DNA from: Gammaproteobacteria bacterium
GTDB taxonomy: Bacteria; Pseudomonadota; Gammaproteobacteria; Eutrophobiales; Eutrophobiaceae
NCBI GenBank assembly: GCA_965221695.1
Contig: OZ244905.1
Span: 1,664,001 to 1,728,000, forward strand
Reading direction: 5' to 3'
Length of the DNA stretch: 64,000 nucleotides
The notes beneath the pieces are model-generated. The model was not told where the DNA came from. It searched no databases and saw only the letters and a list, made by a program, of their open reading frames with translations. The translations under genes and the position numbers were made by a program. Positions 9,701-18,520 of this stretch are shown here, in pieces. Position 1 is the stretch's first letter; every line of letters starts with the position of its first letter.

Positions 9701-10474
9701 TTATTGCTTCCTCAGCGCCAGCAAGCGCCGTATGACCGGCCTGATATCCAGGTTAGTGTCGTCTTGTCGCGCCAGTTTCAGTGCGCTGCGATAGTATTCG
9801 ATTGCCTCTTCGTGGCGTCCCATCCGGTCCAGGCTGATGGCGATATTCAGCGCGTGCACCGGGTTGGCCGGCTCCAGCCTGTGGGCAGCGGAGAATGCCT
9901 GGCGCGCCGCCGACCAGCGCGCTTGCACAGTCAAAAGTTGGCCCAGGACTGCGTGCAAGTACGGTTCATCGGGTTGTTTTGAGAGCAACTCCCTGAGCGC
10001 CGCCTCTCCCTGCTGATCCGCCTGCAAGCCGATCAGTGCGGCGCTCGCCAGTACATTTTTCGGAAATGCGCGCAGAATGCGCCGATACAGACTGTTCGCT
10101 GTTTTCACGTCGCCTGTCGCGAACGCGCAGGCCGCCAGTCCCATCAGCGCGTCCCGGTTGTCCGGATAGGCGCGCAACACCTCCTCATACCCGGACCTGG
10201 CCGCGCCGATATCGCCGGCCTGGTAGGCCCGGTAAGCCCCGTTTAACCTTTTTTCCTGGTTGCCGTCGGTCTCCACGCGAATGACACTGATCGGCGCAGA
10301 ATCCGGTTCGGCCATGACAGGTCGGAACGCACCGCAGTGGACACAGGCCACAATCACAATGAATGCGGATAAATACCCGGTAGTGCGCGATGCGTGGACG
10401 CAACGGCTTGATGTCAGGCGCAACTCAGTCATTGTCTGCTCCGGGGTAAAATTGCCTGTAGTCGCTGAAATCAC
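9701..10474 (-). CDS. TPR protein (MshN-like)
   Basis: Multiple TPR-type helical repeats; located between secretin and ATPase. Confidence 0.8.
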   Translation of the reverse strand: MISATTGNFTPEQTMTELRLTSSRCVHASRTTGYLSAFIVIVACVHCGAFRPVMAEPDSAPISVIRVETDGNQEKRLNGAYRAYQAGDIGAARSGYEEVLRAYPDNRDALMGLAACAFATGDVKTANSLYRRILRAFPKNVLASAALIGLQADQQGEAALRELLSKQPDEPYLHAVLGQLLTVQARWSAARQAFSAAHRLEPANPVHALNIAISLDRMGRHEEAIEYYRSALKLARQDDTNLDIRPVIRRLLALRKQ

Positions 10475-11990
10475 CGTCCAGACTGGGGTTACGGATGATT
10501 AACGGGCGCAGAAATATGACCAACTCGGTCTTCTCGTATTCACGCAAGGCCATTTTGAAGGCATTCCCCAGCAACGGCACCCGCGACAGGCCTGGAATGG
10601 CATTGTCGTTGCTGCGATTGTCATCCTGCATCAACCCGCCCATGACCGCGATCTCACCGTTCTGCAGTTGCAACATGGATTCCATCTCGCGCACCCGGAT
10701 TTCGGGCACCGGGCTGCTGACCGACAGGGCCGGGTTCGGGTCGTTGACGAACCGGTTGATGCGGGAAATGCTCGGCCTGATATTCAATATAATGGAATCA
10801 TTGGCCTTGATGTGCGGTGTTATCGTCATCACGATGCCCACCGGCACGGTTTTTACTACGGTCTCGAAGGTATTGGCCGCCACGCCCTGTGTGATGTTGC
10901 TTTCCTGTTCCACTTCAAAATAGACCACATTGTCCACCACCTTGAGGATGGCTGACTGGTTGTTCAAGGCCATGATCTGCGGGCTCGACAATACCCGCAC
11001 TTCCCCGAATTCCTCCAACAGTTCGACCGCTACGCTCAGCGCTCTGTCACGCTCCGGATCGGTATCGTCATAGCTCAGGGAAAACAAGGAAGCGGCATTA
11101 ACGGGGTTGGCCGTGAGCGTCTCCGTGGTCAGGTTGAAACCGGCCAGGCCGGCCTGGTTCAGCGCCTGCCAGTCGATGCCTGCCTGGAACTGGTCCGTCA
11201 GGCTTACCTCGACGATGGTCGCCTGTATCAACACCTGGCGATTGGCGTTGGTAAGCGTCTCTTCAATCAGTTTGCGCAGTAATTGATGTTGCGTCTCGGT
11301 CGCTTTGACGGTTAACACGCCTGACTCCGGGTGTGGAATAACCGTATTGCCGTTGGTCATTCCACCATCGGCCTCCAGGATCGCAGTGACGCTCGCCACC
11401 AGGTTGGCCCAGAAGTGGTTGGACATCGTGGCGCCGATAGTCGTGGTGGAATTATTGTTCCCGCCACCGCCTTGTTCGCTGTTGCCGGCGCCTGCAATCT
11501 GTGTCCCGACTTCGACAATGTGCGAGGTGTCCCGGGCCATATCCAGGTAATCGATACGGTAGGTGCGGAAATACGGCTCGTCGGGCAAAATCAACACGTT
11601 GCCGTCTTCCATCAGATAACGCAGTCCAGACTGTCGGACGATACGCTGCAACAACTGCGGCAGGGTCTGCTCCACCGCGTTCATGGTCACCAGGCCGCTT
11701 ATGCCCGGCGCGATATCGATGTTCACCCGCGCATCCCTGGCCAGGGCAAACAGCAATTCCCTGACCGGCACCTCGTTGACGACTACCGTATACCTGTCTT
11801 CATGCTGCAGCGGCGCGGGCTTCGGAACAGGCGGCGGCTGCCGGACAATTTCGGGTATAGCCGCAGACGCGCCGGTATCGGCAACGATGTTAAGATGACC
11901 AACAGAAAGCGGCGGCTCAGGCGCAACAAACCTGCACGCGGCAAGAACGGTGAAGAAAAGACCCAACCAGATCCAATGTAACAACCCCAT
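10425..11990 (-). CDS. mshL: MshL-type lipoprotein secretin
   Basis: Lipobox LAAC, STN domain, Ser/Gly/Asn-rich linker, secretin domain (VLSSP...NNQ, IPGLSRVPLLGNAF, KTELVIFLRP). Confidence 0.85.
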   Translation of the reverse strand: MGLLHWIWLGLFFTVLAACRFVAPEPPLSVGHLNIVADTGASAAIPEIVRQPPPVPKPAPLQHEDRYTVVVNEVPVRELLFALARDARVNIDIAPGISGLVTMNAVEQTLPQLLQRIVRQSGLRYLMEDGNVLILPDEPYFRTYRIDYLDMARDTSHIVEVGTQIAGAGNSEQGGGGNNNSTTTIGATMSNHFWANLVASVTAILEADGGMTNGNTVIPHPESGVLTVKATETQHQLLRKLIEETLTNANRQVLIQATIVEVSLTDQFQAGIDWQALNQAGLAGFNLTTETLTANPVNAASLFSLSYDDTDPERDRALSVAVELLEEFGEVRVLSSPQIMALNNQSAILKVVDNVVYFEVEQESNITQGVAANTFETVVKTVPVGIVMTITPHIKANDSIILNIRPSISRINRFVNDPNPALSVSSPVPEIRVREMESMLQLQNGEIAVMGGLMQDDNRSNDNAIPGLSRVPLLGNAFKMALREYEKTELVIFLRPLIIRNPSLDGDFSDYRQFYPGADND

Positions 11991-12172
11991 GATGCTCCTT
12001 AATCTTCCTGCATCTCCTCAGTAACAGCCCACAGGCCAAAGCACTGTGAACTAACCCATGGCTTTGAGAATATACCCTTTATTCAGCGATTGCAAATATT
12101 TTTAAATCCGTTTTAATTCCGCTGCTCGAGTAAATTTTAGTGTCGTTATTTTGCTGTATAACCTAGGAACAA

Positions 12173-12331
12173 CACCATTCCCGTGTAAACGGGAATCCAG
12201 TGAATTAAAGGGTCGCCTTTCAGGCGACACAGTATTTGACTGGACTCCCGCTGTTGCGGGAGTGGTACGGAGGAATGCCCAGGTCTGCGCCAACAGTTAC
12301 ATGTCTGTGCAGAGACCTGATCATGAAGGTT
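12173..12331 (+). repeat. REP/RPE-like palindromic element, family B copy 1
   Basis: CCATTCCCGTGTAAACGGGAATCCAG...GTCGCCTTTCAGGCGAC...CTGGACTCCCGCTGTTGCGGGAGTGG...CAACAGTTACATG; homologous to 50756-50892 (inverted) and 56349-56516. Confidence 0.85.
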
Positions 12332-12332
12332 T

Positions 12333-12499
12333 AGGAAGCTCTAGTTAAGTCAGAAGTTCCAACGGCACATGGATGCGCCGTCAAAAAATGAGTTTATATC
12401 ATTGATTTTGTGAGAACAAATCGGCAGGACAGCCAATTTGCACAACCGCTTTTTTACGCTCTCTGACAGGTCCTGGATGGATTTGTTCAGGGCTTCCTT
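12333..12499. mobile_element. MITE-like element, family A long copy
   Basis: Ends AGGAAGCTCT... and ...CAGGGCTTCCTT; colinear with 43658-43812 (shared GGATG..CGTCAA, CATTGAT.TTGTGAG, CTCTGACA.GTCC.GGATGGA.TTGTTCAG). Confidence 0.75.
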
Positions 12500-12527
12500 T
12501 ATATAGTAAAAAGTGGCAATACATGCT

Positions 12528-13715
12528 TCAGTCTGACCATACCTCTTTCACTAGTCTCAGAAAGTTCAGGCCCAGTATTTTTTCAATGGTACCAGTAGAA
12601 TGACCCCGCTGATGCAGCAGGTCTGCAAGTTTCTGAAATTGTGTTGGCCCCATTAAATCGGGCACAAGCGGCACAACCTGCTCAGACTCACCGGCGGCGC
12701 TGATACCCGCCGTTTTACGCTGTTGCAGTTCGCCGGCGATAGCGGCTCTATATTTCATCATATCGTCGATTGCCGTCGCATCACCATCGGTTCCTATGCC
12801 AACGTGATTCTGTCCGCATATTTTAATCGCGTGCTCAATATGCCTTATTACGTCATCGGCGCGGGCTTGACCGTCCTGTTTCAGAAATGGCATAAAGTAG
12901 ATGCCGACAACACCTCCACTCTCAGCGACCAACCGTAATTCTTTGTCAGTCTTGTTTCGTGGCAGGTTCGTAATAGCCCGGCATCCGGTATGCGAAATCG
13001 TCACAGGCGTGTTTGACCTGTGTATCGCATCCAGGCAGGTTTGTTCGCCGCTATGGCTCAGGTCAACCAGCACATTATGTTGGTTCAGGGCCTCGACCAC
13101 TGCATGTCCGAACGGCGTTAACCCATGGTTGTCCTGCACTGAACAGCCATCTCCGATTTGATTGCGGCCGTTATAGGTTAGTTGAATGATACGCACACCA
13201 AGATTGGCAAAGGTTCTAACTCGATCAACTTTATTACCGACACTTGCCGCGTTCTGGAAACCAAAAATTATGCCGATCTTATTTTCCTGTTTCGCCCTGA
13301 GGATATCGGCGGCGTCCAACACCTTGATGAGGTCGCTGTCGTGTTCACGTATGATTGAATTCCATTGAGCGATATCCTGAATCGTATACTCATAGGGAGA
13401 TTCCGGACCCGATACATAGCCCAGGGTGACATTAATTGCCGTCGTCCCTGAAGCATGGGTATCCTTGATAGCGCGCTCATCTATGCTACGCATGCGTTTG
13501 ATTAAATTGTCCCCGCCACTAGCCTTGTGTTGCCTGCTTGTGGTTTCAACCCACAGGTTCTGGTTGGATAATCCACCCAGGGCATTAATAATGACCATTT
13601 CTCTGATAGCCACAGGGCTGGCTTGTAACATTTTGAATTTCAGGCTGAACGGCAACGCGGCCAGGCCGGCCGTAGTTAGCTGCGAGAATTTACGTCTTGA
13701 GAGTTTGTCTTTCAT
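12528..13715 (-). CDS. Tat-exported membrane dipeptidase (peptidase M19 family)
   Basis: SRRKF Tat motif; GVRIIQLTYN, VDLSH, SHTG, PRNKTD, HVGIGTD, KILGLNFLR. Confidence 0.9.
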   Translation of the reverse strand: MKDKLSRRKFSQLTTAGLAALPFSLKFKMLQASPVAIREMVIINALGGLSNQNLWVETTSRQHKASGGDNLIKRMRSIDERAIKDTHASGTTAINVTLGYVSGPESPYEYTIQDIAQWNSIIREHDSDLIKVLDAADILRAKQENKIGIIFGFQNAASVGNKVDRVRTFANLGVRIIQLTYNGRNQIGDGCSVQDNHGLTPFGHAVVEALNQHNVLVDLSHSGEQTCLDAIHRSNTPVTISHTGCRAITNLPRNKTDKELRLVAESGGVVGIYFMPFLKQDGQARADDVIRHIEHAIKICGQNHVGIGTDGDATAIDDMMKYRAAIAGELQQRKTAGISAAGESEQVVPLVPDLMGPTQFQKLADLLHQRGHSTGTIEKILGLNFLRLVKEVWSD

Positions 13716-13841
13716 TCAAACCTGAAAACAATCCTGTTCCTCATCACAAAACCCTCCTCGAATACTGCTTAGCGCCATCAAGAAGGTTGTCCGGTATCAT
13801 GCGCTTTACCAGCACACTCTTGTTTGGGATGTGGATTTTAC

Positions 13842-13870
13842 GGAAGCTTTGACTTAATCAGAGGTTCCTT
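13842..13870. repeat. Family A short hairpin (supplies the sulfatase stop codon)
   Basis: GGAAGCTTTGACTTAATCAGAGGTTCCTT; its minus-strand TAA ends ORF 13854..15458 (...QGTSD*). Confidence 0.8.
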
Positions 13871-15458
13871 GGTTAATATCGGTAAAAACTGTTTTTGCTT
13901 TTTCGAGCGACGGTTCTTTCCAGTCAGAAAATCGGCTGCTGAAAATATCGTTACGGCCATAGTATTTTTGTAATAATATGCCTTTAGCCGTGCCCCCTTT
14001 CCATAGGTCATACGCGTCATTGCCGTATTCATCGAAGAAATCCTCAAGGCGCCTGTCGAGTTCTTTGACGATATTCATATACGCAGGATCATCGATCAAA
14101 TTCACTCGCTCTTCCGGGTCGTTGCTGAGATCGTAAAGCGTGTTAGGTTCGTCATCATCCAGCCGCTTCATGAATTTCCACCTCGGCGTCCTGATTACCC
14201 TGACTGTGACAAATTCAAAAAACGCGGCATCTTCCCACTCGTCAATGTTCTGACCAAGCAGCAGCGGAGTAAAATCTTCACCCGGCGTGTTGACGATTCT
14301 TTTATCATCCAAGCCTATGTATCCCAGTAAAGTTGGAAACAGGTCAAACTGGTTGATGAACCTGTCCGATTCAATACCAATTGGAATCCTGCCGGGATGA
14401 CGAACTATGAGTGGTATTTGCATGTTGATGTTATGCGCAGTAAAAGGAAACGACCATGAAGTATTTCCCCATAAACCGTGCTGTCCATAGGAAGCGCCCT
14501 GGTCCGAGGTATAGATCATGACCGTATTATCGTCTATGCCCAGCTCTTCCAGTTTCTGTATTAGCTCTCCGATACCATCATCCACCATGGCGGTCTCGGA
14601 AGCGACGTTTATCATCGCCGTCCTGTTATTCAACGCCTCGATAGCCGTCCACGCGGTTGTGCCTTCCTTTACCATTAAGCTCGTCGGACCACGTCCTGCC
14701 TGAGCCCAGTTTCTAAGATACGGATGTATTTTTTCTTGCGGCATGGACGGAGTATTTCTTGTGTAATACGCAGCATGCCGATTCTTGGGCTCCATGGTAA
14801 CCGTAGGGGGCAGGTTATACGGACCGTTGTATGCAAGATACAGGAAAAAAGGCTTATCGCTTGTTTGTCGGGACAGAAAATCCAACGCTTTCTTCGTCCA
14901 GAAGTCGGTCAGGTGTCCGGTAACGATATAGGACTCCCCATTATCGATCACCGCTTGATTATAAAACCCGGTTGTGTGTCCGGAGGGAAACGTCACCCAA
15001 TATTTGAACCCCAACTGTGGGTTATGCGGCATGCCCAAATGGTACTTGCCCACCAATCCGGTATTGTAACCCGCTTCAGATAGAGTCTGGGGAAGAGAAC
15101 GGAATTCCTCAATCCCGGACCAGTCAGGGACATCGATATCTGACGGCAAAGCAACATGAATGCCGGTTTGTGAGGGTATCAGACCAGTCAACAGGGTCGC
15201 CCTGGTTGGTGAGCAAACTCCGTTCACTGCAAACGCGTTATTGAACCTGATGCCTTCTTTTGCAAGTCTGTCAATATTCGGGGTTTTGATTTCTTTATTG
15301 CCGTATGTTCCCAGTAACGAATGACTCTGGTTGTCGGACAGGATCAAAATTATATTCGGGCGCGCCGACGCCGATAAAAGCGGTGGCGCATTCATCACAA
15401 GAGGGATAAATAAGATAACCAGTAATTTAATCCTGGTCGGCATTGAATTACCCATCAT
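13854..15458 (-). CDS. Sulfatase (Cys-type, S1), secreted
   Basis: RPNIILILSD, CSPTRATLLTG, GKYHLG, SDQG, signal peptide. Confidence 0.95.
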   Translation of the reverse strand: MMGNSMPTRIKLLVILFIPLVMNAPPLLSASARPNIILILSDNQSHSLLGTYGNKEIKTPNIDRLAKEGIRFNNAFAVNGVCSPTRATLLTGLIPSQTGIHVALPSDIDVPDWSGIEEFRSLPQTLSEAGYNTGLVGKYHLGMPHNPQLGFKYWVTFPSGHTTGFYNQAVIDNGESYIVTGHLTDFWTKKALDFLSRQTSDKPFFLYLAYNGPYNLPPTVTMEPKNRHAAYYTRNTPSMPQEKIHPYLRNWAQAGRGPTSLMVKEGTTAWTAIEALNNRTAMINVASETAMVDDGIGELIQKLEELGIDDNTVMIYTSDQGASYGQHGLWGNTSWSFPFTAHNINMQIPLIVRHPGRIPIGIESDRFINQFDLFPTLLGYIGLDDKRIVNTPGEDFTPLLLGQNIDEWEDAAFFEFVTVRVIRTPRWKFMKRLDDDEPNTLYDLSNDPEERVNLIDDPAYMNIVKELDRRLEDFFDEYGNDAYDLWKGGTAKGILLQKYYGRNDIFSSRFSDWKEPSLEKAKTVFTDINQGTSD

Positions 15459-15524
15459 TGCCTATCTTATCGGCGGTCATATCCTGCACATCCTGCGTAG
15501 ACGCCCGATATGCGTCGGTTAATT

Positions 15525-15608
15525 TAAGGAAGCTCTGACAAGCCCATCCAGGACTTGTCAGAGCACGCAAAACAAAAATGCGATTTTATTTTACTCACAA
15601 AATGAATG
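15525..15608 (-). repeat. Family A element, truncated half copy (inverted)
   Basis: AAGGAAGCTCTGACAAGCCCATCCAGGACTTGTCAGAG...AAAACAAAAATGCGATTTT is the reverse complement of the right half of 43658-43812. Confidence 0.75.
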
Positions 15609-15616
15609 TGGAGGAG

Positions 15617-17893
15617 TCAAAAGTCTCTACTGAGTGTCACGCCTAAAGTTCGTGGTTTCTCCAGGAAATTCTGACCCGGGTCAAGCCTGAAAGTGCCGTC
15701 TTCAAATATATGGGTAATCGCCCGTTCATCGAATACGTTATCCACAAACAGTGACGCTTGCCAATTATCCGCTTCGACGCCAACGCGTAAATCCACGATC
15801 GCATAGTCACCCTGTCGGTTAAAGTACACATTTGGCCTGGTAGTGGGTTCAAGGGTGTTAATGTCCAGTAAAAACTCGTTGAAATCCGCAAAGTGTTCGC
15901 CAATATAGTTAACATTCAAATAGAAGTAGCCTCGCAGGTCCATCCACGGCAAGGGACGGCCATATTCCATGGATGCGTTCAAAGTCCAATCCGGCACATT
16001 AGGAATGAGATCGCCCTTCAGTCCGGAACGACTGTGATTAGCGCCAGCCCTGTTGACGGGAGCGTCGGCGTCAAGTTTTGCATCCACATAGCTTAAGGCC
16101 GCGGTCAAGCGTAAATCTTCAGCCAGATTGAGGGCGCTTTCCAGTTCAAACCCCGTTGCTTCAGCGCTGTCGGCGTTGTTGAGGAAACCGAACAAGCCGG
16201 TAGCTGATCTACCACTGAGCACGATGTCGGACCAATCAATGTGATAGATTGCGCCGTTCAGGGTAAACCGATTATCAAACCATTGCGAGCGGATGCCAAT
16301 TTCATAACTATCCAATTTGTCGGATCGAAACTCTTCCGGCACACCCACATTTCCCGGGTCGGTCAGAGCAATGGAAGAGGTGTTCTGGTTGGCGCCCCCT
16401 GGCCGGAAGCCCTGTGAAAAAGACGCATAGGCCAATACTTCATCGGTTACATCGAATGCCGCGTGCGCCTTGAATATCGTGCCATCATCCGAACCACGCG
16501 TCACGTTGACACGCAAGGGCAAGCGTCTGCCAGGTGTGCCTGACGGTAGGCCGAGGCCTGGAACGTTGATTCGATTAATGACGTCACTCCCGCTATCAAC
16601 ATCGAAATATCTGATACCTGCAGTCAGCGCAAACCTTTCATTGACATGCCAGGTTGCTTCTCCGTATACCGCCCTCTGGATAAGATCCGAATTCACGGTG
16701 CGCCTGAATAAAAATACTGTGTCGTCGGCGATTCTACCGTCGGCGCCGGGATACTGCACGCGGCTGTCTACAAAAGCATTCCGTTCAGAATAAAACGCGC
16801 CTACGGTCCAATCGATGACATTCTGACCTGATGAGGACAAACGAAATTCATGACTCAGCGCCTGCAAAGGCTCTGGTTGGGTGGACAGCACCGGCGGGAA
16901 AGGAAAGCCGGTGAAGCCATTATGAAATCGGAACACCGCGTTACGGTCAAACCAGGAATATGAATACAAGGCATCCGCCCAGTCAAAACCGTATTCTAGC
17001 GTAAGGTTATACAATACCTGCTCATCATTATAAGGTTCGCGGGACTCGGCGGCCGTCTTCGGATTGTTATCATCTATACTTGGGTTGAAGTAGAACCCGC
17101 CACCGACATTCTGGTCCTGGTAATAGATGGCGCCGGTAGCGGTAAACCTGTCGTTTGGCGTCCATCGTATCGATACACGACCGCCTTCCGTATCCACATC
17201 GTTGATGTCATCCTTGCCATAAGCGATATTGTCTACAAAGCCGGGATCGTCTCGCTTGAATCCGACGATGCGAACGGCTAACTGATCCTCGATAATGGGA
17301 ATATTGATCATCCCGTTAACCTGAAAACCCGTATCGCCGTATCTTACAGTTGAGCCTTCGATACTGATCTTGCCTTCAAATTTTTCGGCATTGGGCTTAT
17401 TGGTGATAAAACGCAGAGTCCCTCCCATTGAACCACCGCCATAAAGTGTCCCCTGCGGCCCCTTCAACACTTCCACACGCTGAAGATCAAACGGCTTTAA
17501 TTCAGGCGACCTGAGACCGGCATCATTGGTCGTACCGGGGGCGCCTACAACCAAAGCTTCGTCAAAATACACACCGACCTGTGGTTCGCCGGGGCTGGCA
17601 ATACCGCGGATAATCGGCCGGGTCGAACCGGGCCCATTATCCCTGAGGGTCAAACCCGGAACGGAACCGACAATATCAACGAAATCGTCAGCGCCCAATC
17701 GTTCCAGTCCTTCATTTGTTAATGCGGAAATTGCGATAGGCGTGTCTTGTAAAGCGCTGGAACGCTTGAGGGCGGTGACCACTATTTCTTCTATAGAGTC
17801 TGCTGCTGGCACGGGCAAGCTTAACTGCAAAGAAAATAAAATGACTGGCGCCAACACAAGAGAATTTGATTTTGGCACGACGTTTTCCCCCAT
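15617..17893 (-). CDS. TonB-dependent receptor
   Basis: TonB box IEEIVVTA, plug motif RVEVLKGPQGTLYG, C-terminal F. Confidence 0.95.
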   Translation of the reverse strand: MGENVVPKSNSLVLAPVILFSLQLSLPVPAADSIEEIVVTALKRSSALQDTPIAISALTNEGLERLGADDFVDIVGSVPGLTLRDNGPGSTRPIIRGIASPGEPQVGVYFDEALVVGAPGTTNDAGLRSPELKPFDLQRVEVLKGPQGTLYGGGSMGGTLRFITNKPNAEKFEGKISIEGSTVRYGDTGFQVNGMINIPIIEDQLAVRIVGFKRDDPGFVDNIAYGKDDINDVDTEGGRVSIRWTPNDRFTATGAIYYQDQNVGGGFYFNPSIDDNNPKTAAESREPYNDEQVLYNLTLEYGFDWADALYSYSWFDRNAVFRFHNGFTGFPFPPVLSTQPEPLQALSHEFRLSSSGQNVIDWTVGAFYSERNAFVDSRVQYPGADGRIADDTVFLFRRTVNSDLIQRAVYGEATWHVNERFALTAGIRYFDVDSGSDVINRINVPGLGLPSGTPGRRLPLRVNVTRGSDDGTIFKAHAAFDVTDEVLAYASFSQGFRPGGANQNTSSIALTDPGNVGVPEEFRSDKLDSYEIGIRSQWFDNRFTLNGAIYHIDWSDIVLSGRSATGLFGFLNNADSAEATGFELESALNLAEDLRLTAALSYVDAKLDADAPVNRAGANHSRSGLKGDLIPNVPDWTLNASMEYGRPLPWMDLRGYFYLNVNYIGEHFADFNEFLLDINTLEPTTRPNVYFNRQGDYAIVDLRVGVEADNWQASLFVDNVFDERAITHIFEDGTFRLDPGQNFLEKPRTLGVTLSRDF

Positions 17894-18029
17894 TGATAAG
17901 AAATTAGGCTATGCTTCTATCCAGATAAGAACAATATATAGAATTTATTATTCCGGATAATCTCGAATATAGGCAACCCCGCTCCAAATTGCAAATACTA
18001 TATTTTCCAATCAGAGCATCCGGCTGACA

Positions 18030-18078
18030 TAGATCAGGACACTGGAATCCAGGAAAATCACGGCTCGCTGGTTCTCTG
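18030..18078 (-). pseudogene. Remnant of a second vapB/vapC junction
   Basis: 42/49 nt identical to 23668-23716; encodes VIFLDSSVLIY versus MIFLDTNVLIY. Confidence 0.7.
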
Positions 18079-18404
18079 TCCGCTATACCGAGCGCTTGGC
18101 GGCGGCCGGGATTGAGGCCTCTGTGGGCAGTGTGGGGGATTCCTATGACAATGCGTTGGCGGAGACGATCATCGGCTTGTATAAGACGGAAGTAATCCGG
18201 GCACGAGGGCCATGGAAGACACTCGATGATGTGGAATATGCCACCTTGGAATGGGTGGATTGGTTCAATCATCGTCGTTTGCTGGCGCCGCTCGGCAATG
18301 TGCCGCCGGCTGAATATGAACAGATGTACTATGATGAGATTAACCGGTCATGCATAGCCGCATGACTCAAACTAACGAGTCTCCGGGATTCCCGGGGCGG
18401 TTCA
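18076..18404 (+). mobile_element. IS3-family remnant (3' end of orfB plus right inverted repeat)
   Basis: SVRYTERLAAAGIEASVGSVGDSYDNALAETIIGLYKTE...WVDWFNHRRL; ends GTCTCCGGGATTCCCGGGGCGGTTCA, an IS51/IS629-type end. The 5' part is missing. Confidence 0.9.
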
Positions 18405-18520
18405 ATGTACTAATTTTATTTGTATTTCTATCATGTGTGGCCAGGCTTTCCATACGAAATTAATAACATTTTGTTCTTGTCTTGTCATACGAATCATGAG
18501 CGGTGTAGAGGCAGGTTAGT

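Noticed and set aside
12102-12348. Short ORFs sharing DWTPAVAGV with 56300..56503
   Set aside because: The similarity comes from repeat family B DNA, not a conserved protein.
17904-18272. 122-aa minus-strand ORF
   Set aside because: Antisense of the IS3 fragment joined to the vapC scar.
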